This document shows positions 17,283-24,895 of a DNA stretch of 26,442 nucleotides, piece after piece. Each line of letters begins with the position of its first letter. The stretch's first letter is position 1. Origin of the DNA: Armatimonadota bacterium (GTDB lineage Bacteria; Armatimonadota; UBA5829). The translations under genes were made by a program, and so were the position numbers. The stretch lies in the NCBI GenBank assembly GCA_026415535.1, contig JAOAGX010000002.1, forward strand, positions 1-26,442. Reading direction: 5' to 3'. The notes beneath the pieces were generated by a model that saw only the letters and a list, made by a program, of their open reading frames with translations, had not been told where the DNA came from and did no database searches.

Positions 17283-17962
17283 TGAACGGGCACGGACAAC
17301 CGGGGCGAACAACGCCGGGTTTTACTCTTATAGAGTTGCTGGTGGTCATCGCGGTCATCGCGATGTTAGCGGCTTTGTTGGCCCCGGTTCTCATTAATGC
17401 GAAATTGGGTGCAAAAGTGGCGCGGGTTCACTCGGACCTGCGCCAAATAGCAATCGCGATAGATGCGTATAAGGAAGACTGTAAGGGCTTACCACCGGTG
17501 AGGGAGTCTTGCATGTACAACTCCGCTGTGGACTACTATGATCTGCCCAAGGAGCTTTACCAAATGCGCTATCTTCCTATAAGCCGGATGCTTGACCCCT
17601 TTAACACTGTCCGTACACAAGACGGACGGGATCAGGGCCGTGCTTATAAGTATCTAGCCATAGGGTGGGGATACAGTAACAATTCCAGAACCTCGTTTGC
17701 GATGTGGATCCCGAAGGACTATCCGATAAGCAAGCAGGATTGTGCACTGTACTATATGAATAGGGGACGGATTTATCGCTACCCCGAAAGGAAACCTTGG
17801 GAAGCTCCGGTGATTTGGGCTGTATGGAGTGTCGGTCCTGCCGGCGATCCGGGTTGGCAAGAGGCCGGGCTTCGTAAGCTGCCGGTTCCGAGAAGCGAGT
17901 GGTACCCATATAACCCGAGGGGGATCATAGTTCGGCTGAGCGACGGTAGGAAATCGCCGTGA
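17279..17962 (+). CDS. Prepilin-type N-terminal cleavage/methylation domain protein (GspG-like pseudopilin)
   Basis: Class III signal G|FTLIELLVVIAVIAMLAALLAP, helix AKVARVHSDLRQIAIAIDAY, C-terminal WSVGP. ATGA overlap with the upstream gene. Confidence 0.9.
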   Translation: MMNGHGQPGRTTPGFTLIELLVVIAVIAMLAALLAPVLINAKLGAKVARVHSDLRQIAIAIDAYKEDCKGLPPVRESCMYNSAVDYYDLPKELYQMRYLPISRMLDPFNTVRTQDGRDQGRAYKYLAIGWGYSNNSRTSFAMWIPKDYPISKQDCALYYMNRGRIYRYPERKPWEAPVIWAVWSVGPAGDPGWQEAGLRKLPVPRSEWYPYNPRGIIVRLSDGRKSP

Positions 17963-18474
17963 AATATTCGGCGCGAGATCTTGCTGTTGGGGGACTTTTC
18001 GGAGCGGTTGGCGTCGCGTTGCCGATCGTGTTTCATGCTGTTGGTCTCGGGAGAGCTTTTCTTCCGATGCACTTACCGGTGCTGGTGGGTGGACTTTTAG
18101 TTTCCCCGGCAGTTGCATTTGCTGTAGGAGTGGTAACCCCTCTTGTTTCGTCAGGCTTGACGGGCATGCCGCCGATGGTTCCAACGGCGTTCTTGATGAC
18201 TCTCGAACTCGGAGCGCTGGCTGGAATTGCAAGTATTAGCCGGCGATTGCTTCGGCTTCCGGTGATGGTATCTGTAATTTTCGCGATGGTGGCGGCGCGA
18301 GTGATTGGAGCTTTGGAATTGCTGGCAATCGCTCCTCTGATGGGTATGAAGCAAAGTCCGGTGGTCTATCTAACGCAATCGGTAGTGTTGAGCCTGCCGG
18401 GAATCGCGCTTCAGTTAGTTGCAGCACCTATCGCAGTTGCGGCGATAAATCGGATCAGTCCAGAACAAAGATGA
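17959..18474 (+). CDS. ECF transporter substrate-specific (S) component, substrate unknown
   Basis: 171 aa, highly hydrophobic, about 5-6 TM. Motifs FLPMHLPVLVGG and PLVSS.LTGMPP. GTGA overlap with the upstream gene. Followed by T and A components. Confidence 0.8.
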   Translation: MKYSARDLAVGGLFGAVGVALPIVFHAVGLGRAFLPMHLPVLVGGLLVSPAVAFAVGVVTPLVSSGLTGMPPMVPTAFLMTLELGALAGIASISRRLLRLPVMVSVIFAMVAARVIGALELLAIAPLMGMKQSPVVYLTQSVVLSLPGIALQLVAAPIAVAAINRISPEQR

Positions 18475-18890
18475 AACCATTTACAGACCTCGATCTTGCC
18501 AGGTCTTACCACGGTCACCTGGGACCATATCTGATCATCGGCATCAAAATGGGCAATCGTGCAGTTGCCGAGCTTGCGCCGGAGACTTGCTTCCAGTTGA
18601 GCTGCGAGGTTAGATGTCCGGAAGCGCCGCCGCCTTCGTGTGTGATCGATGGCATTCAACTCTCGACCGGTTGTACGATGGGCAAGGGAAACATCAGTCA
18701 CACTGTAACACCCAACGGGGTCAGCGCCGTATTCACCAATAAAGCAACTGGTCAATCGGTTTGCCTTATGGCTAGGGAAGAATTTGTCAGTCAAGCAACC
18801 GAGTGGCTCAGGGAGTTCGGTGAAGAAAAAGCATCTCTAATGTGTTGGGAAACCGCCTCCGACGAGGTCTTGACGACGTGCGATTCGTAG
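18471..18890 (+). CDS. FmdE-family metal-binding protein
   Basis: YHGHLGPYLIIG and CVIDGIQLSTGCTMGKGN. ATGA overlap with the upstream gene. Confidence 0.9.
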   Translation: MKPFTDLDLARSYHGHLGPYLIIGIKMGNRAVAELAPETCFQLSCEVRCPEAPPPSCVIDGIQLSTGCTMGKGNISHTVTPNGVSAVFTNKATGQSVCLMAREEFVSQATEWLREFGEEKASLMCWETASDEVLTTCDS

Positions 18891-19591
18891 ATCCTGCTGG
18901 TCGTGGCCTCATATCTTCCATACATCCCTACGTTCGCGTCTATTGTGGTGGCGTGCTGTTATTGGCAGCGGCACTCCCGGACTCACCGCGACGGCTCGTG
19001 GCTACAGGTGTGATCGTGGCTTTGTTCGCTGCGGCTTCGCGAATCGGATGGCGCGTTATCGTGTGGGGAGCGATACCCGTGGTATCGCTAGTGGGAGGCG
19101 TTGGAATTCTTTCGGTCATCTCGGGGATGCGAATGGAGGAGTTTCGACTGCAGCCGGTGGTGATGTTTGCAGGAAAGTGTTACCTTGCCTACCTTGCTTC
19201 CGCTTCTCTTGCCGCAAGCACTCACTACGCTGACGCCCTGCAAGCTTTCGACCTACTGAGGGTTCCGACTCTTTTTACCTCAATCGCAGGAAGTATTTGT
19301 CGCTGGTTTCACTTGGTTTTTAGGGAGGCATCAGCAGCCAATACGGCTCGTGTTCTGCGCGGAGGCGACCGAAAGAACCGGTTGGCACAGGCTGGCGATC
19401 TTGCGCGAATTTCGGCATCAGTGATGACGTGGTCGTTCGCGCGGGCCGAGAGGGTGGCAGCTGCGATGGAGTGCAGAGGATTCCGCGGTATACTGGTGCG
19501 ACTGCCAGGACGACCATTGCGCGCCAGGGATCTAATTTGGCTCGTCGCCATTTTTGCTCTCTTGGTCGGAATATGGGTGGTTCTGCAATAA
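18878..19591 (+). CDS. ECF transporter transmembrane (T) component, CbiQ/NikQ-like
   Basis: Hydrophobic N-half, LRVP, ARVLRG, RAERVAAAMECRGF. GTG 18878 with upstream GAGG is preferred over 18842. Confidence 0.85.
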   Translation: MRFVDPAGRGLISSIHPYVRVYCGGVLLLAAALPDSPRRLVATGVIVALFAAASRIGWRVIVWGAIPVVSLVGGVGILSVISGMRMEEFRLQPVVMFAGKCYLAYLASASLAASTHYADALQAFDLLRVPTLFTSIAGSICRWFHLVFREASAANTARVLRGGDRKNRLAQAGDLARISASVMTWSFARAERVAAAMECRGFRGILVRLPGRPLRARDLIWLVAIFALLVGIWVVLQ

Positions 19592-20298
19592 AGACTCATC
19601 TCGCAATAGAAGTTTCGAACCTCAGTGTGCGCTATCCCGACGGGCGACTCGCGCTTAATGACATCTCGTTCCTAGTTGAGGTGGGCGACTCGGTGGCGGT
19701 CCTTGGAGCAAACGGGGCTGGCAAAAGTACCTTACTGCTTGCTTTGGTTGGCGTGTTGCCTGCCGAAGGCGAAATTCGCTTCGGCGAGATTGTGTTGTCT
19801 GACAAGACGTTGCGCGATGTTCGGCGAAAGGTTCAATTGGTATTTCAGGATCCGAACGACCAGCTTTTCATGCCGCTCGTGCGGGACGATGTAGCGTTTG
19901 GGCCGTTGAACTTTGGCGTGCCCAAAGATCAAGTGCCGCAGTTGGTTGACAAGTCGCTTGAGGCAGTTGGACTCTCAGGGTTCGGAGACCGTGCTCCGCA
20001 CAATCTGAGCCTAGGAGAGCGGAAGCGGGCTGCGATTGCTAGTGTGCTTGCTTGCGAACCCGAGGTTATTCTTTTAGACGAGCCTTCAGCCGGTCTTGAT
20101 GCTCCGGGTAGGCGGCAGTTGTTCAATCTCCTGCGCGATTTTAAAGCTACCAAGCTAATAGCTACTCATGACCTCGTGCTGGCAGAGGAACTGTGCTCCA
20201 AAGCGATTGTTCTCAAAGCCGGAAAGCTGATTACATCCGGCCCAATTAGTTCGCTACTTTCGAACGAAATGTTGTTATCGGATTGCGGGTTGAAGTGA
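19573..20298 (+). CDS. ECF transporter ATPase (A) component, CbiO/NikO-like
   Basis: GANGAGKST, FQDPNDQLF..V..DVAFGP.N, LSLGERKR, LLDEP, ATHD. ATG 19573 overlaps the T-component end and is preferred over 19429. Confidence 0.9.
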   Translation: MGGSAIKTHLAIEVSNLSVRYPDGRLALNDISFLVEVGDSVAVLGANGAGKSTLLLALVGVLPAEGEIRFGEIVLSDKTLRDVRRKVQLVFQDPNDQLFMPLVRDDVAFGPLNFGVPKDQVPQLVDKSLEAVGLSGFGDRAPHNLSLGERKRAAIASVLACEPEVILLDEPSAGLDAPGRRQLFNLLRDFKATKLIATHDLVLAEELCSKAIVLKAGKLITSGPISSLLSNEMLLSDCGLK

Positions 20299-20358
20299 TT
20301 TGCTTTGCCGCTGCCTATAGATGATCTACTGTAAGGAATGAACTGAAACGACTCCGCA

Positions 20359-20384
20359 AGGACTTGCTTGGTCTAGCGTCGAAT
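20359..20384 (+). promoter_or_regulatory. Possible sigmaH-type promoter
   Basis: AGGA (20359-20362), 18 bp, GAAT (20381-20384) within GTCGAAT, about 30 bp before ATG 20415. Confidence 0.3.
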
Positions 20385-20414
20385 CAGTAGTAAAAATGGC
20401 GAGAGGGGTTGCAC

Positions 20415-20618
20415 ATGGAAACACAAAGAAACCCTTTGGCGATGATCGCCTACTTCATACTCGGCCTGATCATCATTGTGGTCGCGGTAAAGATAATCTT
20501 ATGGGTTTTGGGTGTGCTTGCTACCCTTGTGGCTTTTATTGTGACTGTGGCGATAGTGATTGGTGTCGGGTATCTGGCATATCTAATCATTCGAGCAGTG
20601 GTCAAAAGCTCTCAATGA
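20415..20618 (+). CDS. Small two-TM hydrophobic membrane protein
   Basis: 67 aa, almost entirely hydrophobic. SD GAGGGG about 7 nt before ATG 20415. Confidence 0.75.
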   Translation: METQRNPLAMIAYFILGLIIIVVAVKIILWVLGVLATLVAFIVTVAIVIGVGYLAYLIIRAVVKSSQ

Positions 20619-20637
20619 AGATGAAGACAGAGTTCTT

Positions 20638-21768
20638 TCACTCGTTCCCAGCGTCAAGATCATGTTCACTGGACGCTGCCGAGCGAGGCGCATCGAATGG
20701 GGCAAGCCTATCATTGATGAACCTCACGCTAGCTACCTCTGTCGGATCAACCCCTCGCAGTATAGCAAGATAATAGCTGACGTAGTCGCCGAGATAGACT
20801 CCATACAGCATCTTTTCTATGGTCGTTGAGCCTTTCATCTCGACCTGAAGCACGCCAAATTTGTCCAGTAGTTCGCTTGCTGCCTGCATAACGGCGAGGT
20901 TCTCGTTTGTCTTGTCGGATGGATCAGTGAGGAATACAAAAGTGGGATTGCATGCCTTTCCGTCGACGTTTTCCCATGCGCATATTTCACCGTCGGCTAG
21001 ATCGGGAAACACGCCTTTGCAGGCCGGTGATTTTCCATTAGCGCCTATTTGGCTTTTCCAGCGAGCCAACACGAGCGCCCGGTAGCCGGCTGCACCGTAA
21101 ATAACAGGTGTCTTGCCGAACAACGTTCGGGCGATTTGCTTGGCGGGATTGCGTTCTAAAGGCGTGTCGGCGCGTAAGAATTCCCTAGTGTTCTTCATCA
21201 ATTTAATTGCGTGCGATGCCTTTTCGATAGCTCCCATCGCCAACCCGATCCGCTCAATCACTGCCAGAGGTGTGAGCATCAAATATCCAATAGCCGACCG
21301 CGATGGTTGACCCGAGGGTACACTCAGAACCAATTTGGGATCAGGCGCCAAGGCGCGAATTTTGGCTCCGGCCGTCAAGCAAACGACTTTTGCGCCCCGA
21401 TCTTGTGCTGCCTTTAGTGCTCTCAGCGCTGTTTGGCTTCGCCCTGAGTGGTCGATGACGAACACAAGCGATTCGTCGCCCACGCACATCGGCATCGTGC
21501 TTACGTGTTGGCTTAGGATTGGTACTTCTGCCTCCTCCGCCAAAGCGTGGCAAACCATGTCTGCAGCCAAACCAGAGTCGCCGACTCCAACGAACAAGAC
21601 CACGTTTGGTTTAACTGCGACAGGTTGCATGCCAAAGCTGCGGCCAATTCCCAACGCCGTCTCACATTGCTCAGGAAGCTCGCTTATGAGCCTGAGCATG
21701 TTCTTTCTGTCAACTTCCTGCATTGCAGTCAGGTTATTCAGGATTTCGGCGGACTCTTCTGCAGTCAT
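20638..21768 (-). CDS. Homologue of bifunctional phosphoglucose/phosphomannose isomerase (SIS fold) with substituted catalytic motifs
   Basis: D..NM...I..LPEQ, NPAK.IA..L.GK.PVIYG, RWK.Q, GDYVSYYLA...GVDP. SD CAGGAGG upstream. Confidence 0.85.
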   Translation of the reverse strand: MTAEESAEILNNLTAMQEVDRKNMLRLISELPEQCETALGIGRSFGMQPVAVKPNVVLFVGVGDSGLAADMVCHALAEEAEVPILSQHVSTMPMCVGDESLVFVIDHSGRSQTALRALKAAQDRGAKVVCLTAGAKIRALAPDPKLVLSVPSGQPSRSAIGYLMLTPLAVIERIGLAMGAIEKASHAIKLMKNTREFLRADTPLERNPAKQIARTLFGKTPVIYGAAGYRALVLARWKSQIGANGKSPACKGVFPDLADGEICAWENVDGKACNPTFVFLTDPSDKTNENLAVMQAASELLDKFGVLQVEMKGSTTIEKMLYGVYLGDYVSYYLAILRGVDPTEVASVRFINDRLAPFDAPRSAASSEHDLDAGNE

Positions 21769-21848
21769 CTTGTCCTCCTGTTATTGGGACCATTGCGATA
21801 GAGCACAACCTCAGCGTTTTCAGCGATTCGACGCTACGACCGGTTTGG

Positions 21849-21857
21849 ATTATAGCA
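21849..21857 (-). promoter_or_regulatory. Extended -10 element for the PGI/PMI-like gene
   Basis: TGCTATAAT on the minus strand, about 80 bp upstream of ATG 21768. Confidence 0.45.
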
Positions 21858-21963
21858 ATTTAGTGCTGCTTTTCTGTGAAAGCGAGACTGAAATTACGCA
21901 CTCCACACGCTGCGTATAATCGCCGAAAACCCACATCATCACAGCACTTAGTATTCATTCATT

Positions 21964-22233
21964 TTATTCTGCCGTAAACGGCAGGAGCGCAATCAGCCTA
22001 GCTCTCTTAATAGCTCTACTCAGAGCTCGCTGGTGTGAAGCGCAGGTTCCGGTTGTCCTGCGTGGTAGTATCTTGCCGCGGTCGGTAATGAATTTGCGCA
22101 GGCGGTTAACGTTCTTGTAATCAATATACTCGATCTTGTCAACGCAGAACGCGCAAACCTTGCGGCGAACTTTTCTATATTTCGATGGTTGTTTTTCCTT
22201 GGCGGATTGTCCGCTTTTCTTGCTTGCTGTCAT
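21964..22233 (-). CDS. rpsR: 30S ribosomal protein S18 (zinc-ribbon-type, CAFC...C..H)
   Basis: [13 protein letters not shown]...[32 protein letters not shown]. Confidence 0.97.
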   Translation of the reverse strand: MTASKKSGQSAKEKQPSKYRKVRRKVCAFCVDKIEYIDYKNVNRLRKFITDRGKILPRRTTGTCASHQRALSRAIKRARLIALLPFTAE

Positions 22234-22279
22234 GGGATTACCTCATAAGCTGTCAATTATTCGACAACCGAACAATTCG

Positions 22280-22711
22280 CTATTCCTCGGCAAACGGGTC
22301 ATAGTCCATATCGATATCAGAATTCGGCACGAGCGGCGCGGCCATCCCGGGTTCGGGTTCGGAAATAGGTTCGGCATCGTGCGCTTGGGCATCTTTGGGC
22401 TTATCAAGGAATTGCACCTGGTCTGCTACGACTTCGGTTTTCCAGCGCCTCTGCCCGTCTTGCTGAATCCATGATCGGGTCTGCATTCTGCCTTGGATGC
22501 CGACAAGCCTACCCTTGCTCATATAGTTGGCGACGAATTCGGCCTGCTGTCGCCACGCAACGATGTCGATGAAATCGGCTTCTCGTTCGCCGCTTTCTGA
22601 CTTGAACCGTCGGTCCACAGCGATTCTGAATGAACAAACCGCAACGCCGCTTGGCGTATATTTAAGCTCCGGGTCCGCCACCAATCGTCCTATGAGCACA
22701 ACTACGTTCAT
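22280..22711 (-). CDS. ssb: Single-stranded DNA-binding protein
   Basis: MNVVVLIGRLVADPELKYTPSG, ADFI.IVAW, KG.LV...GR.QTR, acidic C-terminal DYDPF. Canonical position between rpsF and rpsR. Confidence 0.97.
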   Translation of the reverse strand: MNVVVLIGRLVADPELKYTPSGVAVCSFRIAVDRRFKSESGEREADFIDIVAWRQQAEFVANYMSKGRLVGIQGRMQTRSWIQQDGQRRWKTEVVADQVQFLDKPKDAQAHDAEPISEPEPGMAAPLVPNSDIDMDYDPFAEE

Positions 22712-22750
22712 CTGTAATTCCCTCCCGGCCGGGAAAGGCCTACCAAGACG

Positions 22751-23350
22751 TTACTCGGTCTGTGACTCTTCGTTTTTGGGCTTGTCTGTCGTTTGGTCTG
22801 TATCCAGCTCGTCCGCAGCCTCCACCGGCTCATCAACATGCTCTTCGGGGCCTTGCTCGGACGTCTCAGTCTTCTCTGTAACAACCGGCTCCTCTGCAAA
22901 CTCTTCGGCAGCTTGCTGATCAATAGCTGTTTCTTCCGGAGCTTCATCCGATGCCGCGACCGGTTCTTCAGTCAAGGCTTCCTCTTCAGCTGCTTCCTCC
23001 AGTGATTCTACTGGAGGCTGAGGTTGCTCTATACGTGTGGTATCTACGTGCTGAGGCTCAACACGAGTAATGATGTAGCGGATGACGTCGTCGGCGATCC
23101 GCATTACTCGATCGAGCTCCTTAGCCACTGCCGGTTCTCCGTCGAAGAACATTAATATGTAAATGCCTTCCCGGCGGTCCTTGATTTCGTATGCAAGGCG
23201 CCTCTTATCCCACTTGCCGGCGGCCTTTACCACACCGCCTTGATCGGTGACTATTGTGGAATACTTTGCGACGATTGCTTCGACTTGCTCGTCGGTCAGC
23301 GTGGGGTCAACAATGTAGAGTACTTCGTAGGTACGTGTCGTGATGTCCAC
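22751..23350 (-). CDS. rpsF: 30S ribosomal protein S6 with long acidic C-terminal extension
   Basis: RTYEVLYIVDP, W.KRRLAYEI....G.Y, EL.R..RI.DDV.RY. The start codon is uncertain (see findings). Confidence 0.95.
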   Translation of the reverse strand: MDITTRTYEVLYIVDPTLTDEQVEAIVAKYSTIVTDQGGVVKAAGKWDKRRLAYEIKDRREGIYILMFFDGEPAVAKELDRVMRIADDVIRYIITRVEPQHVDTTRIEQPQPPVESLEEAAEEEALTEEPVAASDEAPEETAIDQQAAEEFAEEPVVTEKTETSEQGPEEHVDEPVEAADELDTDQTTDKPKNEESQTE

Positions 23351-23425
23351 CTCCCCTTGGGCTAAAATTGGTCCCGAGTCAGGCTCGGAACGGAGAGTAC
23401 GCGCCAGTAATACTTACTCTGGCGC
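23348..23425 (-). promoter_or_regulatory. S6:S18 ribosomal leader-like structure (rpsF leader)
   Basis: On the minus strand CTCTCC (23397-23392) can pair with the SD segment GGGGAG, enclosing the hairpin TCCGAG-CCTGA-CTCGGGA followed by CCA. This is the known S6:S18 leader architecture with a CCR motif. An extra upstream hairpin GCGCCAG...CTGGCGC lies at 23401-23425. Confidence 0.65.
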
Positions 23426-23450
23426 GACGCATTTTTCAATTAGACGGCTC

Positions 23451-23479
23451 ATTATATCATGTCGGGCCGCCATCCGCAA
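23451..23479 (-). promoter_or_regulatory. Sigma70-type promoter of rpsF-ssb-rpsR
   Basis: TTGCGG, 17 bp, TATAAT with TGn extended -10 (TGATATAAT). Confidence 0.7.
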
Positions 23480-23683
23480 CCATATCTTGCGTGGAGTCGA
23501 AATCATCGAAGCCGAAGTTTCTAGCTAGGAGGCTGTTCGGAGGCTGTTGCGATGGGATGCAGGTCCAGCGCTTCCGGATATTCTACACTGAGTAAACAAT
23601 CGGGGGTGCAGCGTTTTAGTTAGCGCAGCTTTTATGAAAGCGCAGCGCTATATGTTGCTGGTGCGTGCCCTGCCCATTAACAC

Positions 23684-24631
23684 CTATAGCTTTCTGACTA
23701 GTGTCCACGCGAGCGGTAGCGACGCGAGCATTATTGCGCCTACAATCACCGTTGAGACTACTTCTTGCCTTGTAAGTTTGAATTTACCCCAGTTAGCGGC
23801 CACCACGGCGAGCGCTAGTAAGATTAGTGCGGGTAGGGTAGGCAGCAGTCCGAAGACCACCGACAGCATTCCGAGTGTCATCGCTCCAAACACGAACCAG
23901 TAGTTACGCGGGCCGTTTAGCCCCAACCTATGGACCGCTGCAAACACGAGGGCCATAAACAGAAAGTCGCCCGGGCCAATCATGGTTCGGGGCACGAAAG
24001 ACCCTGTCCCGACATGTGGTATCGGTGCGGATACCGCCGCCACCACTTCCGGCGCCTTTTCTAGCACAGCCGACACCGGTCCGCGCGTGACAGTCCAGAA
24101 GTCGATATATGCCGCAAACATAACCACCGGTAGCAACAGGTTGCGGTCGCGCACACGCAGACTAACCAGGTAGCCAATGCTTGAGGACGCCAGCATAATA
24201 CCGGCGAACATAGGCATTCTTAATACACTTGGATATGTGGCCATCAGGACGAGTGTTTCGAGCAGATTGGGATAACGGCCCATTCTGACTGTTACTTCCG
24301 ACTGCCACACCATAGCTAGAGCCGCGCCTGCTATCAAGGCTATGCTCCCGGCAAGTATCAATGTGCACTGATACCACGTCATGTCAAATCGCGCGTAAAA
24401 GTATGCTATTGCGATTTGAACTGCCATAAACGCAACCGTCGGCGCGCCTGTGAGCACAAGTCCCACAAAGCTCAGAATTGTTCCAATGTCGTCCGGTGCG
24501 AACGGTGTCGCGGTGTTGAGAAAGCCGGTAATCACGGGGATGAACGTTGCCTTTGGCACGGTCAACCACAGGACAAAGTATCCAGCAATCGCTCCCGCAA
24601 GACACAACCCAGTAGACTTTTTTGCCAACAA
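23684..24631 (-). CDS. Presenilin / signal-peptide-peptidase-like GxGD intramembrane aspartyl protease
   Basis: Polytopic, about 9-10 TM. AAYIDFWTVTRGP, MIGPGDFLF and LPAL appear in presenilin order. TTG 24631 or 24628 follows the SD GGGAG. Confidence 0.75.
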   Translation of the reverse strand: MLAKKSTGLCLAGAIAGYFVLWLTVPKATFIPVITGFLNTATPFAPDDIGTILSFVGLVLTGAPTVAFMAVQIAIAYFYARFDMTWYQCTLILAGSIALIAGAALAMVWQSEVTVRMGRYPNLLETLVLMATYPSVLRMPMFAGIMLASSSIGYLVSLRVRDRNLLLPVVMFAAYIDFWTVTRGPVSAVLEKAPEVVAAVSAPIPHVGTGSFVPRTMIGPGDFLFMALVFAAVHRLGLNGPRNYWFVFGAMTLGMLSVVFGLLPTLPALILLALAVVAANWGKFKLTRQEVVSTVIVGAIMLASLPLAWTLVRKL

Positions 24632-24660
24632 GTGATCTCCCGAGGGTCTCAAACGTCTTT

Positions 24661-24740
24661 GGACTGCGGCGCTTTAGCGCCGCTTTTTGCGTCCCAACGC
24701 CAAATTAGGTGACACAAATCGGCGTAAAGCGCCGCAGTCT
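24661..24740. repeat. Second REP-like family: inverted pair of self-complementary arms
   Basis: GGACTGCGGCGCTTTAGCGCCGCTTT ... AAATCGGCGTAAAGCGCCGCAGTCT. Each arm forms its own GCGGCGC hairpin. Confidence 0.8.
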
Positions 24741-24761
24741 AGGTGCAATTACTTGTTGTCT

Positions 24762-24791
24762 TTGACAACGATTATAGCACAAGGGTACAAT
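24762..24791. promoter_or_regulatory. Overlapping divergent promoters
   Basis: Plus strand: TTGACA (24762-24767), 18 bp, TACAAT (24786-24791). Minus strand: extended -10 TGCTATAAT (24779-24771) inside the spacer. Confidence 0.65.
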
Positions 24792-24895
24792 GGGGTTGTG
24801 AGTTGGGAGTATCGGTTGAAAATGACAACCTACCCGGTATCCCAAATACGATTCCTGGTCTTCCAGGTTCCACTTCCTTATCTGCGGAGGAGACC

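Noticed and set aside
21964-22233. Zinc-binding S18 as a novelty
   Set aside because: The Cys-containing form of S18 is common and the rpsF-ssb-rpsR order is canonical.
24743-24895. N-terminal extensions given by the ORF track (also 11199, 15305, 18842, 19429)
   Set aside because: Better SD-supported downstream starts coincide with domain boundaries. The 24743 extension overlaps the promoter itself.
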